64,000 nucleotides of DNA, from assembly GCA_049969795.1 (NCBI GenBank), contig JBMFOE010000003.1:11184-75183 (forward strand). The letters are read 5' to 3'. Both the position numbers and the translations under genes were made by a program. The notes beneath the pieces were generated by a model. That model was not told the DNA's origin. It made no database searches and saw nothing but the letters and a program-made list of their open reading frames with translations. Positions 28,938-38,916 of the stretch are shown one piece after another. The number at the start of each line of letters is the position of its first letter. Position 1 is the stretch's first letter. This stretch comes from Desulfomonilaceae bacterium (GTDB taxonomy: Bacteria; Desulfobacterota; Desulfomonilia; Desulfomonilales; Desulfomonilaceae).

Positions 28938-29227
28938 ATGCTTGTCGGAACGCACCTCATGAAAAAGTTTGGTGGAATCAATGCATTGAACGACGTGGAT
29001 TTCGAACTGCATCCAAACGAAATCCTCGGTCTCATCGGTCCCAATGGTTCGGGCAAGACGACGTTGTTCAATGTGATGTAGGGAGGGGCGCGGCATTTGT
29101 CAAGGCTGAGCTTGCGCGGATCATCTATGGGTGCCTCTTCATTGTGGTAATAGTGTTCATGCCCAATGGGATCATGGCATTCGTGAGGCGTTCCACCAAG
29201 GAGGGGTCGTGTGCATGTCAAGACTAG
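28938..29227 (+). pseudogene. remnant of a Liv-type branched-chain amino acid ABC transporter (ATPase N-terminus + permease C-terminus in another frame)
   Basis: [47 protein letters not shown] is a LivG-like start with a Walker A motif, truncated after about 47 aa. A shifted frame then gives AELARIIYGCLFIVVIVFMPNGIMAFVRR, which looks like a LivH/LivM C-terminus. Confidence 0.45.
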
Positions 29228-29337
29228 GCGCTCTTTGCGTAAGACCTTGCTCTCGCCGCAAAAGGATCTGCGAACGCGTGCAATATCACAATCCTGTACC
29301 CAATGTATAAGAACATATTGGAAAAAGGAGACAAATT

Positions 29338-30264
29338 ATGGACAAACTCATTATCACCGCAGCCATAACCGGAGCGGCTACCATTCCCTCGCTGAGCCCT
29401 TACCTGCCCCTCACCCCTCAGCAAATAGCCGATTCCGCCATTGAAGCTGCTCGGGCCGGAGCCGCGATTGTGCACATCCATGCCAGGCGCCCCGAGGACG
29501 GTTTTCCTTCCTCAGATCCCGCTCATTTTCGCGAGATCCTCACGAAGATAAAAGCCGAGAGCGACGTGGTCATTTGCGTGACCACTGGCGGATCCGCGAT
29601 GATGACCGTGGAAGAAAGGGCTGCCGTGGTGCCGACGTTTCAGCCTGAAATGTGTTCGTTTAACATGGGGTCCATCAATTTCGCGTTGCATTCCGCATTG
29701 AAGTATCTCAAGGAGTTCAAGTATCCCTGGGAAAAGGCCTATCTCGAGATGAGCAAGGACTTTGTCTTCAAAAATACGTTTAAGGATTTTGATTACCTGT
29801 GCGACATCACGAGAGCCAATAATACCAAGCCGGAGCTTGAAATTTACGATGTAGGGCACCTTTACAACCTCGATCATCTGGCCAGCGAAGGGAAAATGCA
29901 ACCACCTTTTCATCTACAATTTGTCATGGGAGTCCTGGGCGCTATTCGCGGGACCCCTGAAGACCTGATCTATTTGCACACCAAGGCTGAAACGCTTTTT
30001 GGAGCGGACAACTTCACGTGGTCCGTGATTGGCGTCGGCGCTGCTGAAATCAATCTCTCGACCATGGCGATACATATGGGAGGACATGTTCGCGTTGGTT
30101 TGGAAGACAACATATACATTTCCAAGGGAAAGTTGGCCAAGAGCAACGCCGAGTTAGTCGAGAAGATCGTGAAATTGGCGGACCTATTGGGGCGCGAGGT
30201 CGCGACGCCCGCTGACGCTCGCCGCATCCTCGGCCTCAAGGGATTGGACAAGGTCAATTTTTAG
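29338..30264 (+). CDS. beta-keto acid cleavage enzyme family (3-keto-5-aminohexanoate cleavage enzyme-like, DUF849)
   Basis: MDKLIITAAITGAATIPSLSPYLPLTPQQIADSAIEAARAGAAIVHIHAR is typical of BKACE. Strong RBS AAAGGAG. Confidence 0.8.
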   Translation: MDKLIITAAITGAATIPSLSPYLPLTPQQIADSAIEAARAGAAIVHIHARRPEDGFPSSDPAHFREILTKIKAESDVVICVTTGGSAMMTVEERAAVVPTFQPEMCSFNMGSINFALHSALKYLKEFKYPWEKAYLEMSKDFVFKNTFKDFDYLCDITRANNTKPELEIYDVGHLYNLDHLASEGKMQPPFHLQFVMGVLGAIRGTPEDLIYLHTKAETLFGADNFTWSVIGVGAAEINLSTMAIHMGGHVRVGLEDNIYISKGKLAKSNAELVEKIVKLADLLGREVATPADARRILGLKGLDKVNF

Positions 30265-30487
30265 CGGCGAATCAAGCACCAAAGTATGCGCCGATTCTCA
30301 GGCTGTATCGCCAATTCGACGAAACGGAGTCATTTTAGGCGCTTTCCTCGGGGGCATTTCCCGTGAAGTGAGAAGTATTGCTCCCGAGACGAATATTTCT
30401 CAGTCGCCGTCTCTCACTTTGTTTCACCTTGGCTCCTTTGCGCGACAAGGGTTACGCAGTCGTGGCTGGCGCCGCGGCCAATTTAGC

Positions 30488-30515
30488 TTGCAAACCTCTG
30501 CGCCTCGTGTAAAAT
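30488..30515 (+). promoter_or_regulatory. candidate sigma70-type promoter upstream of sucC
   Basis: TTGCAA (30488-30493), 16-nt spacer, TAAAAT (30510-30515). Lies 133 nt upstream of the sucC ATG. Confidence 0.3.
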
Positions 30516-30648
30516 GAAAAGCCTCTACGACGCCGAATCAAAATCAATACAAAGCTCGGATTTTTGAGCATCATAGAACATGTGTGACGACGCGGGTTGG
30601 ACTGCATGTCGAGAGTTCAACGGAGCGCCGTGTCTAGGTGGTGCATGA

Positions 30649-31812
30649 ATGAATCTTCATGAATATCAGGCAAAAGCGATTTTAGCCAAAAGAGGCGTTC
30701 CCATTCCGAGGGGAACAGCTTGTTTCGATCCTCTTGAAGCTGTCATTGCCGCACGAAATCTTAAAACCGACCAAATAGCGCTCAAGGCGCAAGTCCACTC
30801 CGGCGGGAGAGGAAAAGCCGGCGGCGTGGCGGTGCTCTCTCTTGCCGATGACATACGAGAACGGGCTGCGGCTATGCTCGGCATGAGATTGATTACCAAC
30901 CAAACCGGTCCAGAGGGAAAACCGGTCAGCGCGGTGCTCGTGGAAGAAGTTGTCCCCATTGACCAGGAGTTTTACCTAGGGGTGGTCCTGAACAGAACGA
31001 CCGGTAGAGTGACCATCATGGCCAGCGCGGAAGGCGGTATGGACATTGAAACCCTTGCAAAAAAATCTCCTGAAAAAATTGTGACGGTGCAAGTGCATCC
31101 TCTGCTTGGTCTCGCTCCGTTTCAGGCGCGGCGGGTTGGATATGCCCTCTCGGACTCCAAGGACATAGCCGAAGAAATTGCCGAGATCGTCACGGTTCTT
31201 TATCAGATCTTTGTGGACTATGATTGCAACCTTGTGGAAATCAATCCGCTGATCCTCACGGGAAAGAGGGTTATGGCGCTCGACACGAAGATTTCCATAG
31301 ACGACCACTCGATGTTTCGTCACCGTGAGCTCGAATCCCTGAGGGATAGGAGTCAAGAAGACGCCATGGAGCTCGCCGCGCGCAAAGACGGCCTGAGCTA
31401 TGTGAGACTGGATGGAAACATAGGCTGTATCGTGAACGGCGCCGGCCTGGCAATGGCCACCCTAGACCTCATTGCCCTTCACGGAGGCGCGCCGGCGAAT
31501 TTCCTGGATGTGGGCGGCGGCGCCAGTGAAAGCGTGGTGTTCGACGCAACGACCATCCTGCTGGACGATCCCAGGGTCAAGGTCGTATTCATCAATATCT
31601 TTGGCGGCATATTGCGCTGCGATGTATTGGCTCGAGGCGTTATATCGGCTGTCCGCCGGAAGGGAGTGACGCTCCCGATCATCGCGCGCATCGAAGGGAC
31701 AAGCATCGAAGAGGGAAGACAGCTATTCGAGGAATCGGGGCTGCCTATTCAACTGATCGAGTCCCTTGACGACGCCGCGCGGCTCGTCGTCGAAAAAACG
31801 AAATTGTCGTAA
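30649..31812 (+). CDS. sucC: succinate--CoA ligase (ADP-forming) beta subunit
   Basis: MNLHEYQAKAILAKRGVPIP N-terminus, an ATP-grasp fold and a CoA-ligase domain. Confidence 0.93.
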   Translation: MNLHEYQAKAILAKRGVPIPRGTACFDPLEAVIAARNLKTDQIALKAQVHSGGRGKAGGVAVLSLADDIRERAAAMLGMRLITNQTGPEGKPVSAVLVEEVVPIDQEFYLGVVLNRTTGRVTIMASAEGGMDIETLAKKSPEKIVTVQVHPLLGLAPFQARRVGYALSDSKDIAEEIAEIVTVLYQIFVDYDCNLVEINPLILTGKRVMALDTKISIDDHSMFRHRELESLRDRSQEDAMELAARKDGLSYVRLDGNIGCIVNGAGLAMATLDLIALHGGAPANFLDVGGGASESVVFDATTILLDDPRVKVVFINIFGGILRCDVLARGVISAVRRKGVTLPIIARIEGTSIEEGRQLFEESGLPIQLIESLDDAARLVVEKTKLS

Positions 31813-31942
31813 GGAATTCGGGAAAGACGCCTCCATGGTGTGGTGAATCCCATGCCTTTGGAGCGGAGGCCGCGGCAACGGCGTTGTCGCTTCCCCGATG
31901 AGACATTTGTGATATACCGCTCGTATTTTTCGGAGACATTCC

Positions 31943-32815
31943 ATGGCAATTCTGGTTCATAAGGATTCTCGTGTCATCTGCCAGGGCATCACAGGCAGAA
32001 ACGGCGCGTTCCATTCCCTTGCATGTCGGGATTATGGCACCAACATGGTAGGCGGGGTGACCCCTGGGAAAGAAGGGGATACGGTTGACGGCATCCCGGT
32101 GTTCAACACGGTATGGAAAGCTGTTCGCGAAACAGGCGCGGACGTGTCCTTGATATTTGTTCCTGCGGCGTATGCGAAAGACCCCATCATGGAGGCTGTG
32201 GACGCTGGGATTAAGTTGATTGTGTGTATCACAGAGGGCATTCCTCCGTTGGACACCGCGCAGGCGATCCATGTAGTTCGCGAAAACGGCTGTCGGTTGA
32301 TAGGCCCCAATACTCCGGGCATTATCTCGCCGGGCGAGCGATGCAAGGTAGGCATTATGCCCGGATATATTCACAAAGCCGGCGCGGTGGGCGTTATCTC
32401 TCGATCAGGCACGTTGACCTACGAGGTAGTGGATCAACTCACGAAACATGGGCTGGGGCAATCCACGTGTCTGGGGCTCGGCGGAGATCCCGTGGTGGGA
32501 ACGAGTTTTATTGACGCCCTTACCTTATTCAGGGACGATCCGGAAACGGAGGCGGTGGTTCTTATCGGCGAGATAGGCGGATCCGCTGAAGAAGAGGCGG
32601 CTCAATTCATCAAAGAGAGCTTCAATAAGCCTGTTGTTGCCTATATCGCTGGCCGTCTGGCCCCGCCGGGGAAACGGATGGGTCACGCGGGCGCGATCAT
32701 TTCCGGCGGCTCAGGAACTGCGGCCAGTAAAATAGAGGCGCTGAGAGCGGTCGGCGTGACCGTGGTGGAGAATATCACGCAGGTAGGACAGGCAGCCAAA
32801 GCCATACTCCAATAG
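31943..32815 (+). CDS. sucD: succinate--CoA ligase alpha subunit
   Basis: Motifs [23 protein letters not shown] and the catalytic-His region [10 protein letters not shown]. Confidence 0.95.
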   Translation: MAILVHKDSRVICQGITGRNGAFHSLACRDYGTNMVGGVTPGKEGDTVDGIPVFNTVWKAVRETGADVSLIFVPAAYAKDPIMEAVDAGIKLIVCITEGIPPLDTAQAIHVVRENGCRLIGPNTPGIISPGERCKVGIMPGYIHKAGAVGVISRSGTLTYEVVDQLTKHGLGQSTCLGLGGDPVVGTSFIDALTLFRDDPETEAVVLIGEIGGSAEEEAAQFIKESFNKPVVAYIAGRLAPPGKRMGHAGAIISGGSGTAASKIEALRAVGVTVVENITQVGQAAKAILQ

Positions 32816-32924
32816 GTTCATTGGCTGAGGGCTCGCTCATCGGGAAGAACAGGCGTCGCCGTGTGCGGCCCAGGGATTATCCCGTTGCTGATGCGCAATG
32901 AGAGAAATGTCAGGAGAAGAGACC

Positions 32925-34478
32925 ATGACGGTGATCGAGGAAAAGTTTGAGGAGCTCAGGAAGCGGCTCGAGGAATCTGATTTGGCGGGCGGCCCAGACA
33001 AAATAGCCAAACAGCATCAGGCCGGCAAGATGACGGCCAGGGAGCGCGTCCTCGAGCTTCTCGACGAGGGTTCTTTCGAGGAGTTCGATAAATTTGTGTG
33101 CCACCGGTGCACTGATTTTGGGATGGCCGGCAATCAAATTCCTGGCGAAGGAGTCATTACGGGATTTGGCCGCATCAACGGGCGGGGAGTGTACGTATTT
33201 GCCCAGGATTTTACCGTGTTCGGAGGAAGTCTCTCGTTCACCCACGCCCAGAAAATCTGCAAAGTGATGGACCTGGCCTACCGGAATGGTTTTCCGCTCA
33301 TCGGCATCAACGACTCTGGAGGGGCGCGTATCCAGGAGGGCGTGGAAAGTCTCGGAGGGTACGGGGAAGTCTTCTACCGAAATGTGAGGGCGTCTGGCGT
33401 GATACCCCAGATTTCAGTGATCATGGGGCCGTGCGCGGGCGGCGCGGTGTACTCCCCGGCCGTCACTGATTTCATTTTCATGACGGAAAAGACCAGCTAC
33501 ATGTTCATTACGGGTCCTCAGGTCATCAAAGAAGTCACCAGCGAAGTCATAGATTCTGAGAGTCTTGGCGGGGCCAAGGTCCATGGCAAGGTTTCGGGGG
33601 TATGTCATTTCCACTTTCCCACTGAAAAAATGACCCTCGAGAAGGTGAAGGAACTCCTCTCGTTCCTGCCCAGCAGCAATCGTGAAAAACCGCCGGTTGT
33701 GGCCACGGACGACCCCTGGGATAGATCGGTCCCTGAACTCGATGCCATCATACCGGAAAATTCCCGTAGGCCCTATGACATGAAGAAATTGATCACGCCG
33801 GTCCTGGATAACGGGCATTTTTTCGAAGTGCACGAACACTATGCAAAAAACCTCATCACAGGCTTCGGTAGGCTGAACGGAAAGACCGTCGGGATTGTTG
33901 CGAATCAGCCCATGTGGCTGGCTGGGTGCCTGGATACAGAAGCGTCAGTAAAGTGCGCACGGTTTGTGCGATTCTGCGATTCCTTCAACATCCCACTGTG
34001 GACCCTGCTGGACGTACCCGGCTATTTGCCCGGAACGCAGCAAGAACACGGGGGCATCATCAAACACGGGGCGAAAATACTCTACGCCTACGCGGAGGCG
34101 ACGGTCCCCAAGGTGACCTTGATTACGCGAAAGGCTTATGGAGGCGCGTACGTCGTTATGTCAAGTAAGCATTTGCGGGCGGACATCAATCTCGCGTTTC
34201 CTACTGCCGAGATTGCCGTCATGGGGCCTGAAGGAGCCATCCAAATATTGTTCCGCAAAGAAATTGCCTCCGCTCCGGACCCTGCGGCAAAACGGGCTGA
34301 ACTCATAGAGGACTACGTGGCAAAATTCGCCAGCCCCTATCGGGCGGCTCAACTCGGCTTTGTTGACCAGGTCATTTTCCCGAGAGATACAAGAAAGGTG
34401 CTCGTAAGGGCCTTCGAACAACTCGAGGGCAAAGAGGAGGAAAAGCCTCGCCGTAAACATGGAAACATTCCGCTGTAG
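32925..34478 (+). CDS. methylmalonyl-CoA carboxyltransferase / propionyl-CoA carboxylase beta-type carboxyltransferase
   Basis: Acyl-CoA carboxyltransferase hallmarks: [54 protein letters not shown]. Confidence 0.88.
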   Translation: MTVIEEKFEELRKRLEESDLAGGPDKIAKQHQAGKMTARERVLELLDEGSFEEFDKFVCHRCTDFGMAGNQIPGEGVITGFGRINGRGVYVFAQDFTVFGGSLSFTHAQKICKVMDLAYRNGFPLIGINDSGGARIQEGVESLGGYGEVFYRNVRASGVIPQISVIMGPCAGGAVYSPAVTDFIFMTEKTSYMFITGPQVIKEVTSEVIDSESLGGAKVHGKVSGVCHFHFPTEKMTLEKVKELLSFLPSSNREKPPVVATDDPWDRSVPELDAIIPENSRRPYDMKKLITPVLDNGHFFEVHEHYAKNLITGFGRLNGKTVGIVANQPMWLAGCLDTEASVKCARFVRFCDSFNIPLWTLLDVPGYLPGTQQEHGGIIKHGAKILYAYAEATVPKVTLITRKAYGGAYVVMSSKHLRADINLAFPTAEIAVMGPEGAIQILFRKEIASAPDPAAKRAELIEDYVAKFASPYRAAQLGFVDQVIFPRDTRKVLVRAFEQLEGKEEEKPRRKHGNIPL

Positions 34479-34568
34479 CGGGAGTTCTTTCAGGCGAGAA
34501 TAGCGAGAGGAGTGATCGCGCCAAGGCTTGCGCCGCGGAGAATGCCAGGGACAAAAAGCGCCGGACAC

Positions 34569-34605
34569 GAGATTGTCGCGTCGCTGCGGCTCGTCGCAAT
34601 GACAA
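34569..34605 (-). repeat. family B repeat, inverted copy
   Basis: GAGATTGTCGCGTCGCTGCGGCTCGTCGCAATGACAA matches the reverse complement of 23531-23570 and 41037-41075. Confidence 0.6.
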
Positions 34606-34721
34606 AAAAGGGCGCTTGATGGTTTTTTGGGAGCCAACTGAAGCAATGCGGCGATAAGCTTTGGGAAAAACTATAGCCACTCTCGAAAATAATCGCGAAT
34701 TGCGGCGTTGACCTGCTGCAT

Positions 34722-34790
34722 GTCATTCCCACGGAAGTGGGAATCCATGACGAGTTTCCTGGGGACCGGATTGGGTACGGCATAACAAAT
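34722..34790 (+). repeat. hairpin repeat (GTCATTCCCAC-GGAA-GTGGGAATCC type)
   Basis: Perfect 8-bp stem ATTCCCAC/GTGGGAAT with a 4-nt loop at 34725-34744. The GTCAT and ATTCCCAC blocks are shared with family A. Confidence 0.55.
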
Positions 34791-34924
34791 CAGGCGCCGT
34801 GACGTAGACTTTGGAAGTCATCCTGTTCACTTCGCGGCGCGCCTCATTCCGACAGAAGTTTCGAGAAGGAGTATATAAATAACGAAACGACGAGTGACTA
34901 CAACGCGGAGGGTTGCATCGACGC

Positions 34925-35332
34925 ATGGAACAACGAATTAGAGTGATTGTCGCAAAACCAGGATTGGATGGCCACGATAGAGGGGCCAAGGTCGTGGCCC
35001 GGGCTTTGAGAGACGCGGGTATGGAAGTCATTTACACGGGGTTGCGCCAAACGCCGGAAGCGATTTTTCGCACCTGCATTCAGGAGGACGCGGACGTCGT
35101 CTGTCTCAGTTCGCTTTCTGGCGCGCACGACTACCTTTTCCCCAAGGTAGCCTCGCTGTTTCGGGAAAACCGTGTAGATGACGTGCTGATCCTCGGCGGG
35201 GGCATCATCCCAGAGGAGGATGTCCAGGCGCTCAAACAAGCAGGCATCGCTGAAATCTTCGGGCCGGGAACTCGAACCCAAGACATCGTGGATTACATTA
35301 GGACGCATGTCAAACGCGTCCGAGCGTCCTGA
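34925..35332 (+). CDS. cobalamin-binding small subunit/domain of methylmalonyl-CoA mutase-type isomerase
   Basis: [33 protein letters not shown] contains the DxHxxG B12 motif. 135 aa. No large catalytic subunit lies adjacent. Confidence 0.85.
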   Translation: MEQRIRVIVAKPGLDGHDRGAKVVARALRDAGMEVIYTGLRQTPEAIFRTCIQEDADVVCLSSLSGAHDYLFPKVASLFRENRVDDVLILGGGIIPEEDVQALKQAGIAEIFGPGTRTQDIVDYIRTHVKRVRAS

Positions 35333-35357
35333 CGCCAGCGAGGCAGACGCGAAAGGC

Positions 35358-36251
35358 CTACGCCGGCGCGACAGTCCGGTAATAAAAGCCGTCTTCCGAG
35401 ATGACCGCGCCCCGCCGCATTAGGCGCTCGAGATGCTTTCCCATGAGCATACGTTCGCCGAAGGTAAAAAACCACGCGGGCTCTCGTTTCTTTCCATACA
35501 CAATACAGGCATCGACAATTTGATCCATGGTTCGAGGCCGCTCCAACAGGTCCAAGAGTTTTGCTTCTCGTTGGTCGATGACGCGCAGGTAGTCGTCCCA
35601 CTTGTCCCCCGGATCGCTCTCGAAAACCCCGACTTCGTGTGATGAAATCCACACCTTCGCCTCTATGCCGCGGAGTTTGTTCACAGAGGCTATCGTGGCG
35701 TCGATGTCTGAATCAACATCGCCGTAGTATGGTCCAAAGGGAGTGAGATCGTAGTCGCCCAAAAAAAGTACCTGGGGTTCAGGGAAAAACAGCGAGACAT
35801 GGCCGGCCGTATGCCCTGGGGTGGGGAGCACCCGAACCGTCACACCGCCTAGGTCGATAACCTCTTCCTCGGAGAAGAAACGATCCGTGTTGCGAGGCTT
35901 GAAATGGAAATCAGAGACCATTGGTTCACGAAAGATATCCCGTTCCTCGGGCTGCATGCCATACGCGTCAAAGAGGTTGTCGAGACTTTGAAGGGATTGC
36001 GCTCCGTGGAGCGGCGCCCATAGTTCGCAGTCGGCAAAGAGATCGAGGTCTTTGAAATGATCTTCGTGGGTATGGGACAGCCATACGCAATCGATGCCAT
36101 CATGTTCAATCAGATCTTTGAGGCGCTTGCGATCTGAACCGGGATCGACCACGACCTTTAGGTCGCCTCGTATGAACAGTGAATGACAAAAAGGGTATCG
36201 TCCGAAGTTTTTCCCGGGGATGAACTCCACTGGTCCGAATCGAGTATTCAT
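35358..36251 (-). CDS. MBL-fold metallo-hydrolase
   Basis: WLSHTHEDHF (HxHxDH) and a later PGHTAGH. Confidence 0.75.
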   Translation of the reverse strand: MNTRFGPVEFIPGKNFGRYPFCHSLFIRGDLKVVVDPGSDRKRLKDLIEHDGIDCVWLSHTHEDHFKDLDLFADCELWAPLHGAQSLQSLDNLFDAYGMQPEERDIFREPMVSDFHFKPRNTDRFFSEEEVIDLGGVTVRVLPTPGHTAGHVSLFFPEPQVLFLGDYDLTPFGPYYGDVDSDIDATIASVNKLRGIEAKVWISSHEVGVFESDPGDKWDDYLRVIDQREAKLLDLLERPRTMDQIVDACIVYGKKREPAWFFTFGERMLMGKHLERLMRRGAVISEDGFYYRTVAPA

Positions 36252-36386
36252 TCTGATAATCCTCTATGCGCGTCGTTTCTCATGTGCGCCTTTTGTTCAT
36301 GCCGCGGCGTGTGTGACGGCTTGCCGCACGCATGGAATTTGGAGAAAGGCATATAAGGTTGCGCTTGACAGGGTTTCCAGGCCTTT

Positions 36387-38144
36387 CTAGGCGTACAGAA
36401 ACCGGTACGCAATGGCCTCGATCCCCGCAAGGATGAAATTGCAGTCCACCAAGGCTTCAAAAAAGAGTCGATCCACTGGATGACCTTTGTGATACAGAGC
36501 GACCAGGCCCCACAGCACCACGACGTTCACCATGAGCCACCAGGCCAGCCCTGTGACCCACCCCCACCACGCCGCGGCGCCCAACATGCAGATAATGCAC
36601 AAAACAAGGGCATTCAGGAGCCTTATGGTGCGAGGCGCGCCTATGAGGATAGGTATGGTCTCCCGGCCGACTATCCGATCGCCCTGGATGTCCAACAAAT
36701 CAGAAAGCGCGGTGCGGGTAAACACGCAGCCAGCTGCAAAGAAGAAGGCCGCTGCGACGCTTGGCAGCATGGACAAGTCGATGGCGCGTGCAGCGGGAAG
36801 CACAGCCGCGGCCATGGCCCAGCCGGCTGCCACCAGCGGCGTCTTGGACCCCGGGAAGTCTTTCAAACTCCGCCATTTCAGCGAGGGAAACAAGCTAGGA
36901 GGCAAGAGCTGAGCAGTATAAATACCGCCGGCAGAAATCATCAGGAGCAGCAAGAGAAAGGGATATATCCCCATGAAGGAGCTCAGCGTCAAAGCGAACA
37001 CTGATGAAGAGGCCGCAAGAATCGTCAACAGCGTACGATACCTTGCGTAAAACGCGGCTATTTGAGGCGTGTTAAATCGGACCGCGCCGGACGCGTCATG
37101 GATGCGATTGAACAGGTGCATAGAAAAGACGAAAAGGCAGGACACGGCAACCGGCAGCGCTGACAATGACATGTTCTGAAGGGCCATACAAGCCGCGCTA
37201 AGCGCGCCGCCTGCCAATGCAGCCCAGACGTAAGTCATGATGGCCGCGTCAATGACTTTCCTTGCCAGAGGAAACAATCCCTTTTTGCGTTGGAGATCGA
37301 TCTCTTTTATCTTGTCAATGACGCTGAGAATGAGCCAGTTTGGAGTGCTCGCCCCCGCGGTAACGCCTACCGCGTCTATCCCCTCTAAATGCTGGGCAGA
37401 CAGTTCTTCTTCCGTTTCCACATGCAAGGTCTTCTTACCCTTCGATTCCGCTACCTTGACCAAGCGCGTAGTGTTGCCGGAACCTCGACCGCCCACCACG
37501 ATCACCAGGTCCACGGTCTCTGCGAGTTGCGCTACTTCGTGCTGGCGCTTGCGGGTCGAATTGCATATCGTGTTGTAATTGCGCACATCACGAAAGCGGT
37601 CCTTGATCATTCGGGATATGGCTTCGAACTTTTCCGGTTCCTGGGTTGTCTGGGCTACCAAACATATTCGTCTGTTATCGGGAATTTCATCCATTGCGCG
37701 TAAAGCGCTGGTTGCATCTGGTATGACTACTGCCCCGGCCGCGGCAAAACCCACCAAACCCTTTACTTCCGGGTGATCTTGGTCGCCGACAATGATGCAG
37801 AAATCTCCTGCCCGCGCATGCTTGGCAATGATTGCCTGAACTCGGGCCACGCGAGGACAGGTGGCGTCAACCACCAGGTCTGCTCGCTCTTGCAACTCCT
37901 TGCGTTCCTGAGGCGATATACCGTGCGCGCGAATAATGACGGTTCCGCCCTGCACTTCCGACAAGTCTGTTACCTGTCCTATGCCTTTGGATTGCAAGAG
38001 TTTCAGGGTTTGGGGGTTGTGTATAAGCGGTCCGTAGGTGACGATAGGAGTGGGCACGGATTGCCTCTGGATGTCCAATACCATCTCCACGGCGCGGCGC
38101 ACGCCCATGCAAAAACCCGCCGTCTTCGCAAGCCGAATCTTCAT
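36387..38144 (-). CDS. ispH: 4-hydroxy-3-methylbut-2-enyl diphosphate reductase fused to a C-terminal UbiA-superfamily prenyltransferase membrane domain
   Basis: IspH motifs GFCMGVRRAVE, GPLIHNPQ, DATCPRVARVQ and VVGGRGSGNTTRL lie in residues 1-285. About 300 further residues follow with multiple TM spans and LLDIQGDRIVGRETIPILIG, an Asp-rich UbiA motif. Confidence 0.8.
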   Translation of the reverse strand: MKIRLAKTAGFCMGVRRAVEMVLDIQRQSVPTPIVTYGPLIHNPQTLKLLQSKGIGQVTDLSEVQGGTVIIRAHGISPQERKELQERADLVVDATCPRVARVQAIIAKHARAGDFCIIVGDQDHPEVKGLVGFAAAGAVVIPDATSALRAMDEIPDNRRICLVAQTTQEPEKFEAISRMIKDRFRDVRNYNTICNSTRKRQHEVAQLAETVDLVIVVGGRGSGNTTRLVKVAESKGKKTLHVETEEELSAQHLEGIDAVGVTAGASTPNWLILSVIDKIKEIDLQRKKGLFPLARKVIDAAIMTYVWAALAGGALSAACMALQNMSLSALPVAVSCLFVFSMHLFNRIHDASGAVRFNTPQIAAFYARYRTLLTILAASSSVFALTLSSFMGIYPFLLLLLMISAGGIYTAQLLPPSLFPSLKWRSLKDFPGSKTPLVAAGWAMAAAVLPAARAIDLSMLPSVAAAFFFAAGCVFTRTALSDLLDIQGDRIVGRETIPILIGAPRTIRLLNALVLCIICMLGAAAWWGWVTGLAWWLMVNVVVLWGLVALYHKGHPVDRLFFEALVDCNFILAGIEAIAYRFLYA

Positions 38145-38242
38145 GGGTGGACGAATACCTTCAAAGGGTTAGTCAAGGGATAGCAGCGATGCCAGTTATT
38201 GTTCACGGGGCAGAGTACAGGCATAAAACGCTCGCCTCCCCT

Positions 38243-38857
38243 TCAATCATGATAGCGATATGCGGTCATCTTTTCCCAGTCCTGCAGCGTGTCAACGTCC
38301 ATATCGTCATAGATATCGCCCACTTCGACGCGAAGAACCGCGTCTGGGTTGGCCTCGAGTATCGAACGGCCGCCTCGATCTCCGACCAACGAAAGCAGCG
38401 CCGGAAAAAAGCGACGTGGGAAGATCACAGGGGTCGTCTGCCGGCCATCCACGGTAGGAGCCACAATCGCGGAGGGCGATTCAGAAAAGATGACTAAAAG
38501 ATGATCAATGACATCCGTGGTGAGTTTTGCCTGATCCCCCAAAATAATCATTACGCCGTCTCTGTTTAGCCCGATGATGGACTGCATCCCCGCCACGATA
38601 GACGACGCCATGCCCGCCTCGGGCGTCTGGTTGCACACGGCTTGGAGCTTCGAGTGGCGGGAAAGTTCGCCCAACGATTGGACGAGCGGATCATGGTTTC
38701 TTCCCGCGACGATGACCACTTCATCCAGTTGCGACGCCAACGCTGCCCTAACTACCCGATAAATGACTGATTTGTTGCCAAGTTCCATCAAAAGCTTCGG
38801 CCTTCCCATTCTTGTGGAGAGGCCGGCGGCAAGCACGATGCCGGCGAGCCTTACCAT
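38243..38857 (-). CDS. MobA/MocA-like nucleotidyltransferase (NTP_transf_3)
   Basis: GIVLAAGLSTRMGRPKLL N-terminal signature. Confidence 0.7.
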   Translation of the reverse strand: MVRLAGIVLAAGLSTRMGRPKLLMELGNKSVIYRVVRAALASQLDEVVIVAGRNHDPLVQSLGELSRHSKLQAVCNQTPEAGMASSIVAGMQSIIGLNRDGVMIILGDQAKLTTDVIDHLLVIFSESPSAIVAPTVDGRQTTPVIFPRRFFPALLSLVGDRGGRSILEANPDAVLRVEVGDIYDDMDVDTLQDWEKMTAYRYHD

Positions 38858-38916
38858 GGCGTCCGATGACCTTTACGACCGATTTTCATGAAATGCTCAG
38901 GGGATGAACGTCCCTT

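Noticed and set aside
28709-29227. 172-aa plus-strand and 168-aa minus-strand ORFs as intact genes
   Set aside because: Only short pieces resemble real proteins (a LivG N-terminus in a third frame and a permease C-terminus). The rest has no protein-like composition. Interpreted as a decay scar.
34479-34924. Cobalamin riboswitch upstream of the B12-binding mutase subunit
   Set aside because: I could not find a B12-box-like core or the expected conserved stems. The region is explained by family A/B repeats. An Infernal scan would be decisive.
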